A stretch of 64,000 nt of DNA. Origin: Tubiluchus corallicola (Eukaryota; Animalia; Priapulida). The translations under genes were made by a program, and so were the position numbers. The notes beneath the pieces are model-generated. The model ran no database searches. It saw nothing but the letters and a program-made list of their open reading frames with translations, and was not told where the DNA came from. Where the stretch lies: NCBI GenBank assembly GCA_030141605.1, contig JAQGDQ010000038.1:124001-188000 (forward strand), read 5' to 3'. Position 1 is the stretch's first letter. Each line of letters begins with the position of its first letter. Shown here piece by piece: positions 1-24,800 of the stretch.

Positions 1-694
1 CTTGAGAATTAAGCAAACTTGTTCGCTGAGACGAAAAGAGGCTAAAATGGCGAAACGCCATCCACTTATTTGAGGAGTAACTTATCAGCAATTTGCACAT
101 AATTGTTGTATTTCGTTTGAAATAAAATTTTTGAAATTAGAAAGTGAAAGTAACAAAAGCGGAAGCTAAAAGCTTAAGCTGCTTGTCTTGACTGCTAAGT
201 GTATGAAACTATATAATACACTCATGAAGTTTTCCACTTTATGTCCGATTTTTGGCCTAGTCTGGGCAAATAGATCCATTACAACAGGAAAAATAAGTTC
301 ATATTTGCATTCAGGTTCAGCATTCTGAAATGCCACATTCCAGTAATTTTCAGATTAAGCAGTTAATATTAGGCCTACGGTGCCCTACATAAAGACCCGA
401 AAAAACATAAATTGGGTTGCGTGGCAACCAGGCCATCTGTACAGAAAAAACTAATATCAGATTGCAGTCAGTACCATAAAATGCCCCTTTACTCGTAATT
501 TTCCTGTTTAAACAGTCAATAATGAGGCATATCCCTGATGTGGACCCGGAATGCCCTAAAAGCTCATTTTTGCATTAAGTTATTATTGGAAAAAAATGGC
601 ACCCACTTTTCTCACACTCTCTAGAGGGAAATGACTCTATTTAAACAAAAAATGAATAACTTTAGCACAAAACCCCACGGAATGACATAAAGGC

Positions 695-715
695 CCCTGC
701 TGTAACGAGTGTTAA
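695..715. mobile_element. Possible right terminus of a piggyBac-like (TTAA-flanked) element whose left end lies outside the window
   Basis: Reverse complement reads TTAA|CACTCGTTACAGC, resembling the TTAA|CACTAG ends of the element at 28661-29322. No partner end was seen. Confidence 0.3.
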
Positions 716-1822
716 GGAATTTAGAATGCTTTATCAGCTAAAACAAAGGTCGCAAAAATATCTGGGTTTTCATTTGTCAACTTTTCGAATTCCAGTAAGT
801 TTACAAGACCAATTCCCTGATAATAACATTTAGCTGTAGACATATTGTTAACTAGTATTAAGTTATCAATTCTACAAAAGTAATTTTAAATATATTATTT
901 TAGGTTTATCAAATAAGAATAAGACTGTTATACTTCTTAAATTAGCCCAATACAAACGTGAAGCATGAATAAACCAACTGAAAATACTTTTTCTATAGAT
1001 GATGAAAAAAGTACGCCAACAATGTACAACGTAAACAAGTAAAGTGGAACACTTGCGACTATAATGGCGTAAAATTGTAGAAGTGGAAACGCTGAAATAA
1101 AATAATGAAACGCGGGAAGCGTGACAGTGCTCCTAATGTTACACAATAAATGTAATTAAACAAGTGCATGTATATTGTATAATCAAGGCACAAAGATTTA
1201 AAAGTCGCTTATTTTAAACAACGCCACATACTATTTTTAAATCAGCTTAGTTGTTGCATACAGGCAAACGTATGCAAAATGAAGTTGTATTTCTGCTTTA
1301 ACTATAGCTAGAATTATATTCGTGTAGGCTATCGAGTGAATGAATGATTAATTTATGAGTAACATTCAGAGTCGCACTCAATAAATAGAATATCACGCAT
1401 TTCTAATGGTTGTCTGTTCATAAAATAAGGAAAATTCAGCGTTTCTAAAGTTTTTGCAGGTTATTTAAGTAACGAAGCAGCAGTAAATCAGCACATTTCA
1501 ATTATTAATCATCTTCAAAATAATAAAAGAGGAAGCATAATTATAATAATAGCCAAAGCACATGCGGTAAATTAAGGTGCAAAAATTAAACATATTAACT
1601 TAGTAAAATGCACCAGACAGAAGTCGGGAAAGTGTATAATTGTATGAACTATGCAATTTCAATATTACGGAGATTACGCAAATTTGTCACTCACACCAGT
1701 CAGACTTGAAATCGGTCGCACCTGATAGTCTGTACAACATATTAATTATTGTTATATTTTACAATTTGGATTGGTGTCAAGCCCATTGCGCTGCTTACTT
1801 AAATTTTCTTCATATATTTTAG

Positions 1823-15165
<13,343 letters not shown>

Positions 15166-15192
15166 ACACCAAAGACTACAGATTTTGGCTAA

Positions 15193-15325
15193 AGTTTACA
15201 ATTCCCCTCACTCAAGAAATTAGTTCGTGAAACGGATTAGGGTTAAGGTTATGGTTAAGGTTAGGTCCAGGGTTAGGGTTTGAGTTTGGGTTATGGCATT
15301 TAAATTGTGTGGGGCATTGTAAACT
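15193..15325. mobile_element. Small inverted-repeat element (MITE-like) enclosing degenerate TTAGGG repeats, in MMP 3'UTR
   Basis: Arms agtttacaattcccctcac and gtgtggggcattgtaaact (17/19 complementary) flank ttagggttaaggttatggttaaggttaggtccagggttagggtt. Confidence 0.65.
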
Positions 15326-15853
15326 CCTTCCCAGGTTTTTACAGTATTTGTAAATTGCAATAATTACAGGCAAATATTTATCTTTCAGCAAAGCAAAAAT
15401 AAGATGTTTTACTAATTAAGTTATTTTTATTTATCAATACCTAGGCATTCAAATCCAAAGGCAGCTTAAGATATGTACACAACTAGATTCCCTGTGTCAT
15501 GTTCACTGTGTGTGTATGTCTACATTTATGACAACATTGCTCTTTATAGAGTATTATTCCCTTCACCTTTTATTGACTTCCACGATTTTAGAACATAATG
15601 CTGTACGGAGCGCAGGTACTTAGCAAATTCAATAGCATTTTGTATTTATTCACATTCTGTTTCATTTTAATAACAACGATTACCAGTCAATGTACATTTG
15701 TGTTCCATAAAAATAAATGTGATATATTTCTTTAACTAGTGTGTAAAAAGTATTTACTAAAGAAATGTTTCATTACAATGCAAAATGCTTCTTCGTGCAT
15801 TTACATAAAAAATAAAACAAAATAAGCTCACTCTTATTTATCCACTAGAAAAG

Positions 15854-18800
15854 TCAGCTAACATGATCCACAGAGCAATCACTAAAGTAAGTGCAGAGAA
15901 TATCCCTTGCTTGTTGTTGAATTTGTTCATTTACGTGGTTCTTGGATAAAGCACACAAACTCTCCAAAAATGTCTTTCTACCTTCAAAAGTCTGTAAAAC
16001 GTGTTAAAAAATCACTACACAAGCACTAAATCCTTCGACTGATAAAATTATTGAGAAATAAGTTAATAGTAACACAAAGAAACACACATTAATCAGATTA
16101 ATAATTCACAAAAGGTTTTTATAAACAAAAATTTATCAGCAGTAAAAAAGTTTTGTAAAAATTTTTTTACGAAAATGCTAACTTTGACGTAATAATATAA
16201 ATACAGACTATGAACTCTCTTAATCACAATGCAGAAACATTACATAAATTAGAAAAAATGCAACGAAGGTCCATAAACAAATGACAAGTACCAAATTATG
16301 GTGCAAACCCACGATTACGAATTTTGAAACAAAACTTTAAATAACAGAAAAGGTGAAAAAGTTGGAAAGCAGCCTAGATTTGAGTGAGGGTGGATTATAA
16401 ACCAACGTCATAACCACCAGACAACAGTATTTCTCAATGATCATGACAGTCCAGACACCAGACAACAGTATTTCTCAATGATCATGACAGTCCAGACTTC
16501 ATTTCTTACAAGTTAGCTATGTCCCAACTTTCTCACATTAAGATTATAAGTAATTAATTACATTCACATAATTTACATTAAGAAAAACAAGTGTCACTTT
16601 TTGTCCGAGAAGCCTAACAAATTTTATTTCTTCCTCAATAAATTTTTGAAGAATTGTTATACGTATGTACCATTGAATACAAATTTTAACATTATAGTAC
16701 ATATTACTAGGTAACTGTCTAGAAAACTGCAACTTGTTTAAACTTTGTGTCAAAGGAACAGTATTTTTCCCTTTTTACAAGCATCAATGTGAGTATTAAC
16801 TGTTAAATTATTCATGAATTTTCATTATTTATTTACTAGCAACCAAAGCTCCAAAATCAGCGCGACAGTTATTAAAATGAACTAAAATGTTATAATTCAA
16901 TATGCATATAAAATTAATAGTACAAAATAAAAAAACATAGTTGATAAATACTTTACAAAATATTTAATTTATTCCAGATAATACAGAATTTAAACTAAAT
17001 TTTATGTTTATTTCACAAACTTCAAATGATAATGGTTTGTGAATAAACCAAAATATCGTGCTTTTACATAATCTACTAATTATCAATAAAATGCCAGATA
17101 TTATCAAGAAGTCATCAAGTTATTAATGAGCCATAAAATTTCTTACCTTCAACTGTGATAAACGTAAGATTAGTTCAAGGAATGCCAATGTGAGCAAAAC
17201 TAACTCGTCATCAGGTGAAAGAAGCAGATCCAGCATGGAAACGACATTACTTAATGTAGAGACAGCCATATCAGGGCAATGATAATGCAAATTGCACAAA
17301 CAAACAATAGCCTAAAAAATAGAAAACGTCAAGAGCAACAAAAATATACTGAAAAACACATGGATAATGACAATTTGAACTAAAATGATTTGCAACATTT
17401 AGAAATAGTAAATAATGATAGAATGCTTCGCCCAGTGGTCTAGGCATGACGTTGGCATCAAAATTAACAATGGCACCAAAGCTAGCTTGTGCATTAGTGG
17501 ACACATGAAAACCACTCTGACTCCCACTCAGGGTAATTTCTTTCGCCATGCTGATTATGGCTATTTGCCTCACAGAGGTAAGATGTATACACATCCGAAT
17601 GTGGCCGAGACAACTTTCCTAAAATCATTTTTAGCGGTTCCAAAAGCCATAGTCGTGATATTGACACAGGTAGCAGTCTCACCAAGATCATCCAGTTTCA
17701 GTAGGACCTGATGTTCAATACTGTATTCTGGCTTGTAGGATTCCAGTTAATGTAAAATATGTTAGTTTCATGCCGTTACAAAAATAGATACTTTTACAGT
17801 AAAATAAGCTTGTAATACATACCAGTAACACACACGTTAAGCTGAAAAACAATTTCGAATTATACAAAATGTTTCACCTCTTTGGTACACTCGGGTGAAA
17901 TTTTACTCATTCTCCACATGATAGCTTCTTGACCAGAAATCAGCATTGCAATAGCAGAATTACCTGCACGAACAAAAACACAAAGTAAACACACGTAATA
18001 AAATGAATATAAATTCAACATTTAGAAGTAATATATATTGTTATATAAATTTAAAATCTAGAAGTAGTGTATCTTGGAAATTGATAATAAAAAGCCTACC
18101 AAGCATATTTGACAATGCCCACAGAGCTTCCTTCATTGCACAGTTTGAATGAGTGGTTGTTACGATGTAATCAAGCAAGGGTAGAAAGTGACTGACGAGA
18201 TCTGAGGCTACGTCTTGAGAAACTACTAGCGGTGAACCAAACAAACCACCGATGCAACAAAAACATAAGAGAGATACCTAAACATGCAGAGTGAGATCCA
18301 CTTAAACATGTTTCCATTACATAATAATCACACAAATACGTTCATTTTGCATAATGAGTTAAAATGGTTTAGGTAAAATTTAACTGCAATGGTTTTAGCT
18401 TCCTCAAAACATAAACGATGAATAATAAAGATAAAAACAGTATTTGTGATAAATAACTGTGAAAAATCTGATTCACCATAAATAGTAGTAAACGGTATTC
18501 AAAGAAAAAAAGTATACCACCACAACTAACTGCATTAAACAAATTTTGATAATAATAATAACAGTTCAGCATTTTTCTATTAGATAAACTATGTTACATA
18601 CCTGAATACTAACATGCTCTTCAGATTTTTGCAGCAAAATTCTCTCCATCACAGGACAAAGGGAAGATATTATTGTTTTCGCTGTTTCACTGAAGTCATG
18701 GGTTTCTCTAAAATATCAAGATGGTGGAAATTTTGAAAACCTTCTGGTGAAAATTTTTTCGCAATTACGAACAGATACGATATAAAACAGTGATTCAACA

Positions 18801-21800
18801 ACCAATTTTTACAGATGACTCTTTTTGTTGTATGACTCCCCAGTTACAGTAGCTATGACAGGAAATAACCACTATAGACCTATCCCCTCCAGAAATTAAA
18901 ATAAAGTTTTGCTTTAAAAGACAATATGCATTTTCCTGAATTTATTATCCCAGGTGGTGTCTATTATGGACAAAACTAACTTACGTGGACAAAATGTAAG
19001 CTAAATCCCATAATATTTGAGTCTGGATATCAGTTGTTAGTTCTGGCTTCCTTCTTAAACCCGTACAAAGACTGTTCACCACTCTAGATTTGTTCAATTG
19101 TCTTAAATCATAAAAACAAAAAAAATATTAACTTCATAAAAAAATTGACAAAAAAAAGATATCACAGTCCAAATCTAACAAATAAAGTGCAATGCAATCA
19201 CAAAAACTGGTCCATCTGTTTACCTGTTCACTCATTTTCCTGCAGCACATCTTAAAAACAAGCAAATGCAATTATCATAATAATCAATCATCATGCAATC
19301 ATAATATATCAATCATCATCAATAACGCAATTATCAATCATCATTATCATAACATAAGCAATCTAGTAGAAGTATTATTCTTACCATGACACAAGGCGTG
19401 CCATGTTTTTCATATCACGTGGTGCAAAAATGTGCCAAAGTTTTGACTTCGATACTATAAGAAGAAAATGACGGAATCTGCCAAAAAACCATTAAGCTGA
19501 TGTTGCATATAATTGCGTGTAAACACCAAAAATTTCAGGTCATTTCCTTAGACATTTTCCAAGATGCAAAGTTCTAAATCAATCAATAAAAAAACAAATG
19601 CTGGCAAAAATTTTTTATGTCACTATTATTAAAATATACAGCAAGTGCTCTGTGCGTCCATCACTTTCACTGTAAACAAAGGCATTTCTTCCAACACTTG
19701 ACACAGTCTTTTCTGTCTGAGATATTTGGTCCCAATAATCAACAATTTTTCTTAACAAAGTTTTATCAGTGCTTTATTTTCTGTGGTTGATGATGTTGGT
19801 GATGATGTGGTTTATTTTATGATGCGAACTGGTTGATTTCTTTATTGTTTTGCTGCCATGTAGGGAGTGCTATACTACATCAATGTGGCTTTTTTCAATT
19901 AATGATTAGTTGACATTGCTCAAGCATTTCATTTTTTAACTCGAAAAACTTTTCACTCATCACTTAAAATACGCTGCAGCTATGAACTTATAACTTTCAC
20001 AACCATATGCTAATGAATAACAATAATGTACTATGGAATTTCAGCTTTCTGGGTCACTTGCTTCTAAGATTATTGTAGTGTAAACTTTGGCACGTTTTTT
20101 GTGCCACCTGATATGTAAAAGTTTCAAATAAAAAATCATTGTAGTGCAATGTAATAGCTAAATTTGCCAGAAGGTTTAAACAACAACTCATTGTAACTTT
20201 TGCACATCTCAAAACAACTGAGTAAATAAAAACAACCTCAACTTTGACACTACTTTCGGCAATGTTCACGTATAAGTCATCATATTCAGAATTACACTTT
20301 GACCTAGCAGCAATTCAGAAAATGGATATTGCAAGTTAGTCCAGTTAACCCTTACAAGTGTACATATTCTTAGCTTACTGTAAGATAAGGTCATCTTGCA
20401 TTAAATTCATCAAACAAAATCCTGCAGAATAAACAACAGAGTCTGCATGAGAGTCTAGAAGATGCGGCAAAGGATGCAATATGCCTTGTGCCACCAACAT
20501 GGTTCTACATTCATTGCCGTCCGCTGCCAAATTCCCAAGTGCCCATGCACATTGGTCCTATTAAAACAATATAGTATGTTAGATCATGCTTACAAGTGCT
20601 AATGAAGCAGGACTTATCATACATTCATCAGCAGAATTTTGTTCTTTGCCTGCTTTAATTTTGATAAGAAAAACGGTTTACTGGTATTCAAATTTATTTA
20701 TACAGAGACAACAAGTTTTTCACTTTTGGTGGTCGTTATTAATAGTAAATATTTATCTTTTTGTGAAAAGTATAAATTTTGCTGCAAATTACCATTTCCA
20801 ACAATGATCATTATTATGTTTGCAGTTCCCGTTTTGTTTGATAGATTAATATAGTCAGATGCTCATACTTGCACTTAAACATTTCTGTTGCCATTACACA
20901 AAGCTCTACAAAACCAATTCAGAAAAGTGGAAAAAATGACAAAGCCACAACAATGATAAATACAAATGTTTTTCTCATTAATTTACAAACATATTAATCA
21001 TGTGATGTAAACAGGATTGCGATACCTGTAGTAAGATGCTGTTACTGTTCAAATAGGTGATAAGATATGGTCCTGCCATTTTTGCTATTGAGAAGCAACA
21101 TCCATGTTCACCTAAACAAAATAATCTGTTAATAACCAAAAAACATAAATATATAAGCCTACAATTAAGTGAATTTTGAAACTAACTATCGAAAAACAGG
21201 AAATGGAGAAAAGTTGGAACACAGCCTAGATTCGAACCAGGGACCTATTACTTACAAGACAGAAACCACAACCGTGAAACTACCATGTTCTTCAGCAATC
21301 ATGACACTGCAAGTTCATTCTTTGCAGCTGGCCAATCAGTTTAACATTTCTGATGTCATAAAACAGCTGGGAATATGGGATTGCAGAGTGGTCCATGGGT
21401 TATGACATCTAGCTTGTACACAAAATATCCCTTGTTCAAATCCAGGCTATGTTCCAACTTTTGTTGTTCTCCTATAATTTGTTTGGTTTCAAAATCCATT
21501 TAATTGCAGATTTGTATTATCACTAATAACACTCTTAACATTGAGATTATAAATAATTAATTAATTATTCTCAAGAAATGCAGGCTCAAAATTAATTAAA
21601 ATTGAGTTTATTTAATTAATTAGGAGCACTCTAGCATGAGCGACCTAACACTGATGGTGTTGAAATAGCTGGTCAACTACAAGGAATTAACTTCAGACTG
21701 TCACTATTGCTAAGGAACATAGTAACCTAGCAGTTACGGCATCTGCCTTATAAGAACATCATGGTTCAAATTCAGGTAGTGTTCCATCTTTTTCAACTGT

Positions 21801-24800
21801 TTTTTAAAGTTTGGTTTCAAAATTCAGTTAAGTGTGTGTGCTTGCAAAATTGTTAATAAATATCTTGATTTTGATATTATAAATAACTAAGCACTAAACA
21901 GCTAGCCATTTGGTATATAGTGTACATAAATCATGTTTAGATTGATAGCTGTAATTGCTTAAAAATGAAGTAACGCCCTAAAAATCACGGATTCGAAGTG
22001 AATATTCGGATAATGTGCGGTGCTACACAAACCATCAAAGGCTGAGAGACTAGTCAAATTCACTCTAAGAGCATTTCAATCCAGGTTTCGAGCTAGGTTT
22101 AAAATCCAATCCCTTATTCTGTTTATCCAGTAAAGACAGGTGTGGCAACTGACAAGTACTCAAGATATTGCAAACAGCTTCGCACTCATGACCATAGACT
22201 CAAAGAGGTCTACTGTAACTGCATGCACCAAAATAAATGAATTTGTCAAATGTAAAATACATACTTCATGGCAAAACGTATAGCTTACCTGCCGTTATGT
22301 TTGTAAGACAAAATGCTGCTTCCATTTGCAATTCTGCATCATTTCCCGTAAAGATGCTAGTCAGTTTCTGCAGGCAGCCATCAACTCTAGAAAAAACAAA
22401 AGTAGTATATGTCAGAATAGGAGTAACAGCTAGGACAATAGCTATTACCACACTTTAGTGTGACTTTCGTATTTGGAAGTTTTCTGTTAATGTTATTGAG
22501 GTTTTGCTTCATGCCAGTCGTAGTTTTAGCGTTGCTTAGTACTCATAAATTACCATCATTTTTTTTTTCAATAACAGATACAGGGAGTTTTTGTATCCAT
22601 GCAGTCACTTTTTCCCTCTATCTAATAATGTCGTTTCCAACTAAAACACGGCTTTTGATCTCTAGGTAAAAACTTTCTTTTCTCTTTTGATCAAGTTGAA
22701 ATTAAGTACTGATTATTTCAAAAAGAGAATGCACATATCATTACAGCACGTCTGTAGAATGTGAGGAGCTATCAAATTCACTTATGACAAAATCCAAGGG
22801 AACCAAAAATGTGCATCAGTAAATCTGTGTAGTAAAAAATAATAATATACAAGCAAATTAAGAATGCACTTTGTAGTTAAGAGCTTTTATAGTGCCATAT
22901 AGTGCATAGACATGGTAGTTGAGTATACGAAACACTCACTTGAAAAATTCTGTCATGAGTTCATCATCCGACACAAATGCTTGGTTTAGCAGCTTTAATG
23001 CCTTGAGTTTATCAGAAGAGGATCTGGCCTTCTTAAAGTCAGCAATGACTGCTCTTATCTGTGTGTAAAAAAATTTTAATTGTTAAATTTACAAACTCTA
23101 ATTGTGAATTCAATATACGATACAAGTTAAAGTTGATAAATTTGCTGATATTATGCAAGGCTTCCACATTCACACTATGCACCAACTTTATTTACAATAA
23201 ATTTTTGAACAAAGCTAGGGCTTTTGTATGCTAACAATTGCATGGAACAACACGTTATTTGCTTTGCAGTTTTCATTTTTTTTTTATGTTTTTAGTTTCC
23301 ACAATTAAGCAAAACAGCCAATTTAAGACAAATTTGACAAAGACTACTTACCATATTTCCTCCGAGTGTTTTGCCACATGAAAAAGTACAATGTAATTAG
23401 AAATTGAATCTCGCAATGCAAGACAAAAATAAAACAAGAAAAATCTCTATAATGCAAAAATATCAAAAACAATGGAGGAAACATGGGAAGTCAAAACACA
23501 ATAAGATATTCACCTAATTCAAAGAATATAAATATTATCTTTATTTAAATTAGAATTTAAATAGAATACAGTTAAACAATGAATGAAGATTTATGATTCA
23601 CCTTTTTTTAATATTATCACTACTTGCATAATTATATCTCAGTATCGATACAAAGACAACACTACATTGATATGCCCCTCACAGTATCAAAAACACCTTT
23701 ATCAAATAACAAGTTGTTTAAACTATAATTTCAGTTTGACAAACAGTGTCAGCATTAGAGTTACGAGAACTAACAACTACACAATGACTAGCAACATCCT
23801 GTAACTTAAGCAAAAATGAAACAAAACTTTGCACACTTATAAAAATGAGTTCAGATTAGGAATGTGCCATTTATTCAATTTGTATTAACAGTAGAATATT
23901 TGCTGACTTTTTAACGTTTGGTAATATAGGTTACTATATACGTGTTCACAGGTATTGGCACATGATTATTCAGCAATATTTGTTATTAGAGAAAATGGTA
24001 ACATCTTGACCAAATATTTTACTAGGTACATTGAACATGGTTTTTCTAAAAGCTGGAAAGTCTTTTGAGTTTATATTTTACACTGCTCGTGTGGTACATG
24101 TAAACAATATCATTATTCTTTACAAAATTTGAATTGCTCTTAAAATCTTTGATTTCTTTAGGAATGCAGTAATTTACGATAAATATAACACCACTATGGT
24201 AGTATTAGCACTGACTTACTATTTAATTCGCTTTGGTTATTCTATTTTTACATATAAATCTAGTCAGTTAGTATTCCACATATGACTATTTAAAAAAAAA
24301 CTTGTATTCATCACACCCCTCATTCAGATTTCAAGAACTGTTTCAGCCCGATTTGTATTTCATAGAAAGTTGTCAGCCAAATCAGAATGAAATCAATAAT
24401 TAGTCAATGCCAGTTAAACGTCTGTTATGTTCGTATTTTTGTTAAGCACTACCTAAAAACTTATTTCTGAATGCAACTGAAGCAAATTAATGTACTGATA
24501 AAGCGATTAAGAAAGCCTGTTTTGAACACAGTTCATTGTGACTTTTGCTTAGTTATATTAGCAATTAGAGAAAATTAGTAAACATAAAACATGCAGTTTA
24601 TAAAATGTAAACTTAGAGCATTTGATCACCTAAATCAATAGCAAAAAGCTTAGTTTACATAATGAAAGTCTTATAATGTTTATCGAAACATGAAAATATT
24701 TAAAAATTTACATGGCATCAAAATGAAATTTATGAGCTTCCTGAAGTCTTTCTTTGCGATCTGCAACTGTTTCTCTCCAATGCAAAATGCCAATGATACC

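Noticed and set aside
1460-1566. Possible upstream MMP exon starting GYLSNEAA after ttttgcAG
   Set aside because: The remainder is AT-rich, lacks the expected prodomain helix motif, and its likely donor is not in the phase needed by exon 1823.
15237-15297. TTAGGG-like array as a telomere fusion scar
   Set aside because: It is short, degenerate and enclosed by inverted arms, so a small mobile element explains it better.
16416-16497. Direct repeat as a CRISPR-like array
   Set aside because: Two abutting copies with no spacer, in a eukaryotic intron.
19385-19477. Minus-strand segment with AG/GTAAG boundaries in a TMCO6 intron
   Set aside because: Exons 20557-20379 and 19101-18985 already join in phase, and the segment has no ARM-like content.
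21388-21450. Possible tRNA genes (also near 21720-21780 and 36297-36350)
   Set aside because: A/B-box-like motifs are present, but there is no intact cloverleaf, and the first two share a repeat tail; treated as SINE-derived.
15854-23058. Canonical importin alpha (KPNA)
   Set aside because: It is too divergent from the highly conserved KPNA sequences; motifs such as LQMEAAFCL and YLITYL and the length fit TMCO6 better.
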